Notes: generated by a model not told the origin, from the letters alone. Positions 37,605 through 51,008 are shown, numbered from the stretch's first letter. The stretch is DNA of 64,000 nt from Callorhinchus milii (GCF_018977255.1 NW_024704743.1:7814001-7878000); one strand, 5' to 3'. A program made the numbers and translations.

Positions 37605-39010
37605 AATAATAATTCTTACATTTGATATAGCACTTTATCATGTCGTTGAGATGTCTTGAAGCACTTCAGAAGAGAATATACTGTAAAGTGCAGTGACTGT
37701 GTATTTTGTGGGCAAAACGCAGCAACCAATTGTGCACAGCAGGGGTCCCACAAACAGTCGTGGATTGAGTGACTAAATTATTATTATTATATTTTTTATT
37801 TTTGAAGGGATTATTAACCCAGAAAGCAATCCTCCAATTGATTAACAACTGGATTCCTACTTACTGCCAGGTATATGGAGTAAGGAAGCTTGCCTGCGGT
37901 TTCGTCCTGCCTGGGAATTGAACCTTGGGTCCTCTCACTTGCGCTCCCACCACTAAACTACAGGCCTCCTGTATTAATAATAATAATAATCATTGCATTT
38001 GATATAGCACTTTTCACGTCTTCTAGACGTCTCAAAGCGCTTCACAGAATATACTGTAAAGTGAATTGACTGTATATTTGTGGGCGAGACGCGGCAGCCA
38101 ATTGCGCACAGCAGTGTCCCACAAACAGTCGTGGATTTAAGTGACCAATTTATTATTTTTTTTCTTGAGGGATTATTATCAGGCGTGCGGAATAAGGAAA
38201 ATTGCCCAAGATATTGCCCTGCTGGGAATCAAACCCAGGTTTCTCGCTTGCGAGGTGAGTGTTCTAACCACTGAGTTACAGGAATTATAATAATAATAAT
38301 AATTATTAAATATAAATAATTAAATATTAATTATAATAATAATAATAATCCTTGCAATTGATATAGCACTTTTCACGTCTTCTAGACATCCCAAAGTGCT
38401 TCACAGAATATACTGTAAAGTGAATTGACTGTATATTTATGGGCGAAACACGGCAGTCAATTGGGCACAGCAGTGTGCCACAAACAGTCATGGATTGAAA
38501 ATGACCAATTTATTATTGTTTTTGGTTTTGGAGGGATTATTATTAGGATCTGTGTGGAGTAAGGAAACTTGCCCAAGGTTTCGCCCTCTGCCTGGAATTG
38601 AACTCAGGTCTCTCACTTGCAAAGCGAGTGCTCTAACCACAGGACTCCGATTAGTATTTAGTATTCCTGTAGTATTCCTCCACTCCCGTGGAGTCCTGTA
38701 GCTCAGTGGTTAGAGCATTCGCTTTGCAAGTGAGAGACCTGAGTTCAATTCCAGGCAGGGCGAAACCTTGGGCAAGTTTCCTTACTCCACACGCCTAATA
38801 ATAATCCCTCCAAAACAAAAACAATAACAAAATTGGTCATTTTCAATCTCCGACTGCTTGTGGGACATTGCTGTGCGCAATTGGCTGCCGCGTTCGCCCA
38901 CAAATATACAGTCAATTCACTTTATAGTGTGTTCTGTGAAGCGCTTTGGGACGTCCTCCCGACGTGAAAAGCGCTATATCAAATGCAAGGATTATTATTA
39001 TTATTATTAT
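37605..39010. mobile_element. Cluster of four tRNA-Ala-derived SINEs: minus 37605-37965, 37975-38283, 38335-38647; plus 38690-39010
   Basis: Four complete head/body/tail units; plus copy head GGAGTCCTGTAGCTCAGTGGTTAGAGCATTCGCTTTGCAAGTGAGAGACCTGAGTTCAATTCC has A box, TGC anticodon-like loop and B box. Confidence 0.9.
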
Positions 39011-40242
39011 AGTATTTGCATCAATGGTGAGAAGAATTCAGGGTAGTTTTCTGCTGTGATTAGTTGCTGATAACAAAGACAACTCCAGAACACACTGTAG
39101 TTACGAGAGCTGAGCACAGTAAAGCAGGGTAAGTACATAGTGTACAACAGAGATTTTAGTCAGTAATAAAGGTAAGCCAGGGTTCAGATCACTGGCGTTT
39201 AAATTAGTGATGACGTACTGTACAAATATTTTAGGGGAAGGGTTGGTTCAACACCGCTGATGTGAAGCGAAGGGATGTCAAGTCAAACACTGGATTTTGT
39301 ATAAATTGTCCAACACTAAAACACCAGCACAGAGGATACTATAAAATACACCAATAATACTGTCCCTCTATAGTTCCTCTCAGGCTGGAGCTGAAGAACC
39401 TTTTTAATAGAACAAATTGCAGTGAACGGATTGGAATAAGTGTCCAAACTATACAAGGCCCAAAGAAGTCAGCGAAATGTACAGCAATGCAATGATTATT
39501 CTTCCAGATCCAGAAATTCCAGGTCGGTAAAATCATCCACGGGGTCTGGGGAGTTTTAAAAAATAAGTTACGGCAGCTCATTTGGGAGCTTTTGTCTAAA
39601 CTCTAGCGCAGTCACACAGAGGTCACTAAAGTGCTAATCTCCTTTAATGATTATTGGTCATCCACTGAAAGCATCCAGTCAATTGCAAACAAAAGTGAAC
39701 AACAAAGCTACTCTGCAGACAAGGGATGCGTTTCAAGGGCATCTGGCTAGACGTCACATACAAGTGCTCTAACCTGCTCCTACTGTAGACAATTGTCCAG
39801 GCCACATTGGAACATCAGAATCTAAAATTGCAAGACCTGCAAAAAGATCTGTAAATAGCAATTCTGGAACTCACAGAATCACAGAATTGTATAGAATGTT
39901 ACAACAACAACAACAACAACAACAAGATTCCATTTATAAAGCGCCTTTCACGTCAGGAGGACGTCCCAAGGCGCTGCACAGTTGGGTCATGACCCGAGCA
40001 GGGGGGAAATGGTCAGGGTGAGGGGAGGGAAGGGAGGGAGCGAGGAGGGGGGAAATGGTCAGGGTGAGGGGAGGGAAGGGAGGGAGCAAGGAGGGGGAAG
40101 AGAGTCGAGAGGGGAGCTGAAGGCTCGGTCAAAGAGAAACAGTTACAGCACAGAAACAGGCCATTCTACCCAACTAGTCTGTGTCCACGTTTATACTCCA
40201 TATGAGCCTCCACCTATACCCCTCTATTCCATTCTCCCTCAT

Positions 40243-40566
40243 AATAATAATAGTAATCCTTGCATTTGATATAGCGCTTTTCACGTCTTCTAGGCGTCCC
40301 AAAGCGCTTCACAGAATATACTGTGTAAAGTGAATTGACTGTATATTTGTGGGCGAACGCAGCAGCCAATTGCACACAGATGTGTCCCACAAACAGTCAT
40401 GGAATGAAAATGACCAATTTATTATTGTTTTTGGTTTTGAAGGGATTATTATTAGGCTCTGTGTGGAGTAAGGAAACTTGCCCAAGGTTTCGCCCTCTGC
40501 CTGGAATTGAACTCAGGTCTCTCACTTGCAAAGCGAGTGCTCTAACCACTGAGCTAAAGGACTCCA
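40243..40566 (-). mobile_element. tRNA-Ala-derived SINE, short form
   Basis: Very similar to the 38335-38647 copy. Confidence 0.88.
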
Positions 40567-40599
40567 CTCATGTCTTTGCATCAAATCAAGGAGAGTAAT

Positions 40600-41870
40600 A
40601 ACAATACCAACAGCAACAAAATTACATTTGTATAGCGCCTTTCACGTCACTAGGACGTCCCAAGGCGCTGGACAGACAGAGTAACGGACCCGAACTGAGG
40701 GTTGGGGTGGGGGAGGGGGAGGGCAGGGGTGAGGCAGGGAGATCGAAAGCACAGTCGAAGAGGGTTTTGAGGTGGGTCTTGAAGGTGGCGAGGGAGGAGG
40801 CGAGACAGCGGGACTGCGGGATGGAGTTCCAGAGGGTGGGTGCAGAGTGGCGAAATGCCCGCCCGCCGATAGTGGGGCGAGCAAGGCGGGGGACGTGAAG
40901 CAGGTCGGAGCCCGCTGAGTGGAGGGAACGGACAGGGTGGTAGGGGATTAGGAGGTCGCAGAGGTAGGGGGGAGCAAGACCGTGGAGGGCTTTGAAGGTG
41001 AGGACCAGGATCTTGAACTGTATCCTCTGTGTGATGGGAAGCCAGTGGAGTTGGGCAAGGATGGGGGTGATAAGATCATGGAGCCTAGTGCGGGAGAGGA
41101 CACAGGCTGCAGAGTTCTGGATGATCTGCAGCCTATGGAGGGAGGAGTTGGGGAGGCCGACAAGTAATGAGTTTGCATAGTTGAGCCTCGATGTAATGAA
41201 AGCGTGTATGAGGGTTTCGGCAGCCTGTGGTGTGAGACAGTGTCAGATCCGGGCGACGTTGCGGAGATGGGGGAAGGCAGAGCGGGCCATGGCGCAGATG
41301 TGGGGTAGAAAGGATAGTTGAGGGTCAAACAAAACTTCAAGGTTCCAGACTGGCTTAGCAAGGTGCAGTGTGCAACCATGGATGGTGATGCTGTCAGCTC
41401 CTGAGTTGAGGAGGCGCTAACGGGAGCCAATCAGGAGAGTCTCGGTCTTGTTGATGTTCAACTGAAGAAAGTTCGCTCTCATCCAGGACATTCTGTCAGG
41501 ACAGCAGTGATCCTGGAGTCAAGGGTGGAGGCAGAGAGGTACAGTTGGGTGTCATCCGCATACATTTGGAAGTTGACCCCATGTTTGCGGATGATGTCAC
41601 CAAGAGGGAGCATATAGATGTTGAAGAGGAGGGGACCAAGGACAGAGCCCTGAGGAACGCCACACGAGACAGTGCGGGGGCTAGAGGAGAAACCGTTTGG
41701 GGAGATGAAGTGCAGGTGGTGTGAGAGGTACGATCTGAACCAAACAAGGACAGCGTCGTGGAGGTTGAGGTGAGAGGAGAGGTGGTAGATGAGAATAGAG
41801 TGGTCGACAGAGTCGAAAGCAGCAGAGAGGTCAAGGAGGCCGAGGAGGCAGAGGGAGCCCTGGTCTCAGA
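40600..41870 (-). mobile_element. L2 LINE, 5'-truncated, RT domain with intact YADD
   Basis: [41 protein letters not shown]; frameshifted; (TTG)n tail. Confidence 0.92.
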
Positions 41871-42182
41871 TGGGACATAATAATACTGTATTTCCTCAAA
41901 GAAAATTGGTCACGCAATCCACAACTGTTTGCAGGGCAATGCTGTGCGCAATTGGCTGCCGCGTTTCACTCACAAAATACAGTCAATCCACTTAGCAAAA
42001 TGTATTCTGTGAAGTGCTTTGAGACGTCTCAACCCCATGATAAGGTGATATATCAAATGCAAGGATTATTATTATTAAATTTCCCCTTAAATACATTGAT
42101 ACTTTCTGCATTAACTGCAGCTTTCAACCATGAACGCTGAATGGCGCCAGTTTACTGCCAGGGTTTTTGAACTTTTTTGGGG

Positions 42183-42390
42183 GGGTCAGCCGGGTGTCTG
42201 ACAAAGGCGGAAACCCATCACCATTCTTAAGAGTATCCAAACCAGATTGAGAATTTCATGCATCCCACCTACACATGGAAATATTGCTGTGTCTGGAATG
42301 TGTGTATTTTTTTCTCTGGAGGGACGCAGCTTGCTTATCCAATTCCAGAGAATATCATGCACAGGTTGGCAAGGTGCCGCAGGTGGGGGG
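42183..42390 (-). repeat. Family X repeat copy
   Basis: GGTCAGCCGGGTGTCTGAC...CTTAAGAGTATCC...GTCTGGAATG...CAGGTTGGCAAG. Confidence 0.75.
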
Positions 42391-42499
42391 AGTCAGTTTA
42401 AAGCGAAGTGCAAACTCAGCACTTTTAACATTACAAAATAGGACATAATGAGGAGGGTGCAGTAACTGAAGCTAGGTAACGCTGCTGACTCCAGGGATC

Positions 42500-43250
42500 T
42501 TAAAACAAATTATTTCAGGTGATTGTGAGTCTTCTCACAGATATTGTTTCTGAATTCACTGGAGTCAGGGCAAAAGCCAGTGGATTGGAAAATAGCAAAT
42601 ATAATTCCCATCTTTTTAAAAAAAAACTGTCAAACAACAGACTGATAAGCCTTTCGTCAATTGTGGGGGAAGTGTTTGAAACGACAACAAGGATCAAATC
42701 ACCTTGAGACACATAGGTCAATGAGAGATTGCTTTCGAAGTGGATGGATGTGCTTTACAGATGTATTGAGACCTAGTTGACAGGGTATGATGAGATGGTT
42801 TATGTTTTTAAGAATAATTATTCTTATTTTTGATATAGCGCCTTAAAAATCATTCAGAACATCTCAAAGTGCTTCACAGAATATACTGTAAACTGGATTG
42901 ACTGTGCATTTTTATGGGGCTAAACACGGCAGCCAATTGCGCACAGCAGTGCCCCACAGACAATCGTGGATTGAGTGACCACATTTTTTTTGGAGAGATC
43001 CTTACCCCTGGAAAGCAATCTGCCAATCGACTAACACCCAGGTTCCTACTCACTTCAAGGTAAACAGAGGCGTGTGGAGTAAAGGAACTTGCCTAAGGTT
43101 TCGCCCTGCCAAAGAATCGAACTTGGGTCCTCTCGTTTGTGAGGCGAGTGCTCTGACCTCTGAGCAACAGGTCTGAACAGCCATGAAGTTAATTTGATTT
43201 GAAGTTTAGAAAGGCATTTGACATTGTTCCATATAAGATTCTTCTTTTTA
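42500..43250 (+). mobile_element. Old CR1 RT N-terminal fragment interrupted by a minus-strand SINE (~42820-43172)
   Basis: SLESGQKPVDWKIANIIPIF...RLISLSSIVG before the SINE and FRKAFDIVP after it. Confidence 0.7.
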
Positions 43251-43354
43251 GAGTATCAGTGTTTTTTTAAAAGAGTAGTGACTATGTGATTGAAGGCAAA
43301 TCCAGGAGCCAATTTGCACAAAGCAATATCCTCTGACAGCCATGAAGTGAATGA

Positions 43355-43720
43355 CAACAACAACAAAATTACATTTATATAGCGCCTTTCATGTCGAGAG
43401 GACGTCCAAAGACGCTGGACAATCAGTGTTTCGGACCCGAGTTGGGGGTCAGTAGGGATCGGGGAGGGTGGAGGGCAGGGGGGGAAGGAAAGTGATTAAA
43501 GTCAAGGTCAAAGAGGAAGGTCTTGAGACGGATCTTGAAGGAGGCAAGAGAGGGGGCGAGGTGGAGTGACTGTGGAATGGAGTTCCAGAGGGTGGGGGCA
43601 GAGTGGCAGAAGGCCCGCCTGCCATTGATGGCAGGTGATGCAAAGCAGGTCAGAGCCCGCTGAGCGGAGGGAGCGGGCAGGTTGGTAGGGGGGTAGGAGG
43701 TCGCAGAGATAGGGGAAACC
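43355..43720 (-). mobile_element. L2 LINE 3' end
   Basis: RAFCHSAPTLWNSIPQSLHLAPSLASFKIRLKTFLF and stem-loop tail. Confidence 0.85.
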
Positions 43721-46274
43721 AAGTTTATCTGAAGGATTGTTGACCAAGACACCATGAGAAACTCCCTTCTTTTTTCGAACAGTGTGAGGGGATCTTAAAC
43801 GTCTACTGGAACACGCAGACACAATAGAATACTGCTTCAGGCACACGGTGTAATGAGTCAGAAAAGCGCTATATCAAATGCAAGGATTATTATTATTATT
43901 ATTATAATGTGAAATAATGTTAATGAGGCTGTGCTTTCAGCCATAATGCCCTGAAACTTTGGAACTCTCTCCCTCACTCCTTCTCCACCTTGCCCCTTCT
44001 CCATTTTCAGTTTATGCCTGAAGACCCGAGACACTGATTGAGATGTCCTCCCGACCTGAAAGGCACTATACAGATGTAATTTTGTTGTTGTTGATGTACT
44101 GATGTACTAAAGTACAGATCTGGGTTTACTTTTTTAATCCTATTTAAAATTGTATACACCTCTATAAGGTCCTCTGTGAATCATTTTTTCTCAAAAATTA
44201 AGAGCCCCAGGTTGTCTAGTCATTGTTCATAGCTCATTTCCCTTACATTGGGAATCATTCTTGTTGCTTCCGACTATTCAATGCTCCCTTAGGACCGTAT
44301 TGTCAGCCTAGACTGTGAGTTTAAAGACCCAATATGTAGCTTGAACCCACAACCTTTCTAACTGAATGAATGTTGCCAACTGAGCCAGACTGACATTTAT
44401 AAAGGATCTCAAAATGGTGCTAAGCAAGTTCCTGGAATTGAGAGAATTCAGTCATTAGTTGGTGAGATTGACTTACTAAGGATTGACGTACATATGGATT
44501 GGCTGGGTGGACCAAGGGTCTACTCCTGCCTGAAACTGACTATGTCACTGTGTTACACACACACTTATGCATATTACAAAATGGTTTGTATTTCAGTAAT
44601 TCACTAAAGTAAAAATAATAACTGAATGACATGTTTTTGATAATCTAAAGTTGTTAATAATGTAACGCACGTTATTATTCTTTTATAAAGATGTTCACAG
44701 ATTAACGAGCAATTCTAAATTCTAACCAATGTTCCAGTATGAAGTCTTGCAAAGTCAACATGTCCAGACAGAAGCACATAAATGTCTGAGGAACTGTGCA
44801 CTGTATAAACAAGCTTAAACGATTGAAACATTTAAAGATGAAATGCTGGATCTTACAGCGAGCTTGTCTAATATTGCAAAATTCTCAAAGGCTTTGGCAC
44901 TTTGTGGCCTTTCAAAATTAATCGAGGAAAAAGAGTAAATAGGTGCAAGTAAAACTCCAACCAAGGCCTCTGTACGGCCATCATTCACACAAGCATTGCC
45001 AAGAAAGTAACTGCCTATAAAATGTATGAATATAATACTTAAAGTAAGTAGAGTCTGAGAATTTTTATAGGCACATGAATTTGATACTGTCTTTTCAATC
45101 AGCACTGCCCAGGAAGATAAATATTATTAAAACTAACGTTAAGGTAAAAGCATATGGCTGAAGAAATCAAAAAAAATTAGAAAAATTCAGCTTTTTTTTA
45201 AGAGATTATTTTACTAAATTAATGTTTTTTTATCAACAAAGAGCACAGATTCTCTGGTGATACTGTTGGCAATACACATTGGGTGTGAAAATGTTGCATA
45301 TGATAGAGAGGCATCTCTAGATAGATTCTCCACCTCACAAAATCCCAATTCAAAAATGGCCGTACAAGCTACAACTAGCTGAAACATCCCCAAAATTGCG
45401 ACCACCATCCATACTATTGAGAATCCCAATGCCTCACTTGTCACAATTACACTAACAGCTGGGATCATAGTAAACCGAGATGAAGTTAGCATTCACAGGG
45501 AAAATATTCATCAAATCTGTATAAGAATCAGTGCAATGTTTTACAACAAAACATAGGGTCGTAGGAATATACAGCACCTGAAAAGTGAATGTAAATTACA
45601 ATTTACACTTATATTGCACCTTTTACTTCGGGAGGAAGACTCAAAATGCTTCACACAACTGACTGGCTGGGTGGAAGTTAAGTTGCAGGAAAAAAGGTAG
45701 CCAAAAGGACAAGTCTTCAGGAGAGGAGGAGAAGGCAAAACCAGTGAATATAAGTCTTCTAAAAAAATAATCCTGTACAACTATCTATCATGCCTTCAAT
45801 TGAATTCTTCTTCTGTACCTCTTGCCATGACCTGATTCCCCATAAGATTAATAGGAATTAGATCTTGGAATTCCTTCCCAATAATATGGTTCTGGATGTT
45901 TTATTTATTTGAAAAACTAATTAAAGTTACTAAAAATATTTGCTCTTTTCACTAAACACAACATAATTATTGCCCATCTGTATTACCTGTTCTTTATCAT
46001 ATACCACACTATCCACCTTGTGGAGTGGGTGGGGGAAGGTAGAGGATCATGTTGGGGCTGAACTGGCACCAAGGTGACATTTGGCAATGGAATATCAGAA
46101 TCAAGTCAGCCCTCCATGGCAGTCACGGTAAGTCCAGTTCCTGATCCAGATGGGTCTGCAGTACTCCAGCATAGCAGGTCACTGATGATGATAAACTTCC
46201 CAGTCTGGCTCAGCGGCAGGACTTGGAAGGGCAGACTAGTCCCTATGAGCGGGGATTCTTCCTGCCCAGCTCTG

Positions 46275-46600
46275 CCAATGTCTCTCACAGCAGGCCACCG
46301 AGATCCTCATACACGCATTCATCACATCCGGGCTCGACTATGCAAACTCCCTGCTTGTCGGCCTCCCCGACTCCTCCCTCCACAGGCTGTAGATCATCTA
46401 GATCTCTGCAGTCCATCTCCTCTCCCACACCAGGCTCCACAACCCTATCACTCCCATCCTCACCCGTCTCCACTGACTCCCCATCACTCAGAGGATACAG
46501 TTCAAGATCCTGGTCCTCACCTTCAAAGTCCTCCACGGCCTTGCTCCACCCTACCTCTGTGACCTCCTAACCCCCTACCAACCTGTCTGCTCCCTCTCCC
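46275..46600 (+). mobile_element. L2 LINE fragment nested in a family X repeat (46040-46262 and 46600-46838)
   Basis: LIHAFITSGLDYANSLL...QFKILVLTFKVLHGLAPPYL flanked on both sides by family X sequence. Confidence 0.75.
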
Positions 46601-48004
46601 TCCAGCAGTCATCCTCACGCACACACTGGAGTCCCCAAGGCTTAGCTTTCACCAACCTGCGTTTAACATTCTCTAGAATTAGGTAAACAGGGTGTGCCCC
46701 TCCAGGGAGAGAGTATCCATTGCATTCCAGACATATACATTTCATGTGTAGCTGGCATACAAAACTCTGTCTGGTTTGGACACTCTTCCACATGACAAGG
46801 ATCCTGCATGTGTTAGACACATGGCTGAACAAAAAAAAATGTCTTGATCATTGTTTTACACGGAATGGTCAATATCATAGTGCAGTTTAACAGCAAGGCC
46901 TGTCACTTGATCCCAGGATGCAGGTTGAAAAGCAATGTAATCCGATTAAAGCGGAATGTGATCTTTAAAACCATTAATAAAATGTATTACACAGATTTTC
47001 ACCTATTATTCCCGTCCCTACCCCTCCACCCTCCCTGCCGAAAGATTACAACAATTTTGAGAACCTAGCTCTAACTAAGATTATAATCAAAAGTGAATTT
47101 TGTCTGCATTAAAACACACAGATGTAATGTCATTCTGTCTAGGTACTTTGTCAAAATATTCCTTTCTCCCACTGGCAGGTTCCCACTCTGTCTCTGTAAA
47201 GTGCTTTGAGATTTTCTCCTACGCTAAAGGCACCTCATAAATGCAAGTTGTTTCCTAAGTTTATACTTACAATTTCTTTTAAACTTAAATCCTTCCCACG
47301 TTAATTTAACACATTTTTCAGCAAATCGGTACAGTGGCAGGATCGAAAAAAGGGGCAGCTCTGTTCAACCCTGCCTAGTTTTGCACGGCACAGCTATTTC
47401 TAAGCTTGTGTGCAACGAACATAGACTCTCGTCTTTCGCACATCTCAATTGCTGAGAAGTGACTCAAAGTGATAAAAACATTTTAAAGTCAATTATTTTT
47501 GTTGTTACATTAGTGTGTTTCCCATGCCTGCAACTAATTTTCTGTAAAACCTAAAACCATGTAATATTCCATGAGGGATTCCAACTTTCAATTACAGGAA
47601 ATAAAAACAAGATGGAAAAGAGCAAGCTTGCAAATTATAGCCCAGATTGAATGACACTACAGCTGTTTTTTAATGCAGACAAAATTCACTTCTGATTATA
47701 ATCTAGATGCAAACCTAGGATATGGGCCAAGACAAGCAACTACTTATCTGAAAATGTATTTTGTTGCCACAGTCATCACCAGAAACCTCACAATTGTAAG
47801 ACGTCACCAATGACCTTCGAAGCAGGTCTTGGTGCGATGTGGGGTGTACATTGCGCAGGGCAATAAGATTGCTTAACTTTTGCACAATATGAAACCACAC
47901 CTTAAAATGTTAGACTCGCTGTGATCTCGTGATTCTGTGATCTTCTAACGTAATTTACAAACTTTCATCTGAGAAAATTAACCATGGAAATTATTAATAT
48001 TATA

Positions 48005-48380
48005 AGAATAATCCTTGCATTTGATACAGCGCCTTATCAAGTCATCAAGATGTCACAGAATATACTGTAAAGTGAATTTACTGTACATTTTGTGAGCAAA
48101 ATGCAGCAGCCAATTGCGCACAGCAGTGTCCCACAAACAGTCGTGGATTGAGTGACCAATTTATTACTTTTTTTTCAAAGATTTAAGAAATTATTACCCC
48201 CAGAAAGCGATCCGCCAATCGACTAACAAGCAGGTTCCTACTTACTACTAGGTAAAGAGAAGAGTAAGTTTGTGGAGTAAGGAAACTTGCCTAAGGTTTT
48301 GTCCTGTCCCGCCCTGCCGGGAATCGAACCCAGGCCCTCTCGCTTACAAGGCGAGTGCTCTAACCACTGAGGTACAGGAT
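48005..48380 (-). mobile_element. tRNA-Ala-derived SINE, long form
   Basis: Reverse complement of head with B box GGTTCGATTCCC and family body/tail. Confidence 0.85.
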
Positions 48381-50444
48381 TACGCGCCTGGGACACTACC
48401 CTGCGTGAGGGGGTGCTAAACACAAGTTGTTGGGGTTTGGAGTTTATAAATCAAAGTTACTTGGGGAAATGACAGTGTGGAGTGTCATCACAAACCACAA
48501 CTAACTGCCTAACTCCCTAATTAGTCAAACTAAACTAATGTTTCTTCCCAACCACTCATCACTAGTATTATGTTTCTACAAAGAGTTTAACATTGGCTGC
48601 TGATCACAGGAACACTGGGGCAGGATTGCAATGTTAAAATTGCAATATTAGAGAGGATGGGAAACAATAATGACATCAATGCATCAGGTCTCTGGGATGA
48701 CAGCTAACTCTGAGTGCCCATGTACATAAACAACACTGCTGACTTAGGAATGATTTTTCCCAGCAACGGGTATGCACTGATACAGCCGTGCGCACAACTA
48801 CTTTAAGAAAGAGATGGTTTTCTTGCTGCCTTTGAAGCAATGCTGTACTTACAGTGTAATTAATCTTTAAACAGCTCCGCATTCAACGCTCTAAACAAGA
48901 TCTGACTACTCGGCCTGATGCATTACATAGTGTTACGCAGAATGATGCTGCACTGAAACAAGCCATTTGGCCAAACTAGTCCATGCTGCTGTTTATACTC
49001 CACTACGTTCCTATCCCTCCTATTCCCTCACATAGACTCCTCTATTCCATTCTGCGTCATGTATGCATCAAGTTTTTTCTTAAATACATCAGTATATGTA
49101 TAGGTGTAGATATATATATATATACCCAATGTCACCTCACTCTCAGCCAAGATGCTGTATGGAACTGATGGCATGGCTGTGCACATTTTATGGGCTTCCC
49201 TCAACTCCCCTTCACAGTTCAACGTTAAAAACAATCTTCAGACGTACGTATCATAAATCTTTCTCTTTTTATTGCTAATAAACCAATCTAATTGTAAATC
49301 CACATCACGGGGACCCACGTAGAATCAGAGATCGCCAACATCGCTTGAACGTCAGCTGGGGATTGGGGACCGCATTTTAACACGAGCAAAGTGCTTTTCC
49401 CACTTTTATAATGCAAACTCCCCCCCACCCCACAATGTAAACTACAGCAGTCCAAGGTGCCAGAATAATTAATTAATAATTAATAGAATAGAATAGAATT
49501 ATTATTATAAATAGAATTATTCATAGGTTATAATAATCCTTTCATTTGATATCGCGCTTTCACGTCAGGGGACGTCTCAAAGCACCTCAATGTACTTATT
49601 GTAAAGTGTAGTAACTATTTATGTGCACAGCAAAGACCCACAAACAACCAAATGACCCGTTTTATTTGAGGGATTGTCGGCCAGGACACCAGGAAACACT
49701 CTCTTCTCTTTTCAAATAGTGCTATGGGATCTCACCCGAACAGGCAAACAGGACCTCGGTTTAATATCTCATCCAAAGGTCGGTACCTCTGGCAATGCCA
49801 TACAGTCCCAGCACTGCAACAACAACAGCAACTTGCATTTATATAGCACCCTTCGCACAGGGTAGTGTCCCGGAGCGCTTCACAGTGACAGAGCCTTACA
49901 CCAAGCCAGGGGGAGAGGGAGTGGGGGGAAGTGACCGTAAACCGGTCCGTGACCTGGAAGTCTGTAATCTTTTTCTCTTGAGTACAAGAACAGGCTGGAG
50001 TGTTACCTGCAGTCTGACCTGCTACACACCTCTCTGTAACCCGGGTCCCAACAACACGTCACAGTGAAACTCCACTGTCTCATCAGTTAAACCATCAGAT
50101 TTGGGAGAACTGTACGTATGAGGCCCAACAATCTACCTTGCCTTAACCTGTAATATTTGAATAACCTATTAAAACTATTTTAGATTGTGCATAATAATAA
50201 TAATAGTAATAATAATCATCTTAGCATTTGATACAGTGCCTTATTATATCTTCGAGACGTCTCAAAACGATTAACATAATATGCTGTAAAGTGTAGTGAC
50301 TGTGTATTTTGTGGGCGAAACGTGGCGGCCAATTGTGCAAAGCGGTGTCCCATAAATATTTTTTAATAAATAATCTGTTTTCTTAAAAAAACACGGCTTG
50401 CAAATTAAAACTTACCTTAAGAATTTCTACAGTTCTTAAATTCT

Positions 50445-51008
50445 TAGAATCATAGAATCACAGAACTTCACAGCACAGAAGGAGGCCATTTGGCCCATTG
50501 CGTCTGTGCCGACTCTTTGAAAAGAGCTATCCAATCAATCCCACTCCCCCACTCTCTCCCCATAGCCCTACAAACCTGTCCTTTCCAAATAATTATCTAC
50601 TTCTCTCTTGAAAGTTATCGAATCTGCTGCCACCATTTTTTCAGGTAATGCATTCCAGATCCGAACTACTCGCTGTGTGAAAATATTTCTCCTCACCTCC
50701 CCTCTGTTTCTTCAACTATTTTAAAGCGGTGACCTAGGGTTACCAACCCACCCACCAGTGGAAATAGTTTCTCTTTATTCACCCTATTGAATTCCCTCAT
50801 AATTTTGAAAACTTAAGTCTCCTCTTAACCTTCTCTGCTCCAAGGAGAATAATCCCAGCTTCTCTAGTCTCTCCTGATACCATCCTGATAAATCTCCTTT
50901 GCACCCTCTCCAATGCCTTGACATCTTTCCTAAAGTGTGGTGCCCAGAACTGAACACAGTACTCTGGCTGAGGCCTAACCAGTGTTTTATAAAGGTTTAT
51001 CATAACTT
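50445..51008 (-). mobile_element. CR1-clade LINE 3' end
   Basis: LYKTLVRPQPEYCVQFWAPHFRKDVKALERVQRRFIRMV; (ATTCTATG/ATTCTGTG)-type terminal repeat. Confidence 0.9.

Noticed and set aside
38692..38762. Apparent tRNA-Ala(TGC) gene (also at 53238 and 60827)
   Set aside because: No proper acceptor stem and always fused to the same SINE body and tail, so these are SINE heads.
40002..40088. ~45-bp direct repeat GGGGAAATGGTCAGGGTGAGGGGAGGGAAGGGAGGGAGC
   Set aside because: Simple slippage duplication inside an L2 3' UTR; the copy near 28270 has a single unit.
44730..45500. Two minus-strand ORFs, with a stop-interrupted plus frame, suggestive of a decayed viral or transposon gene
   Set aside because: I could not recognise any motif in any frame; unsupported without a blastx/HMM hit.
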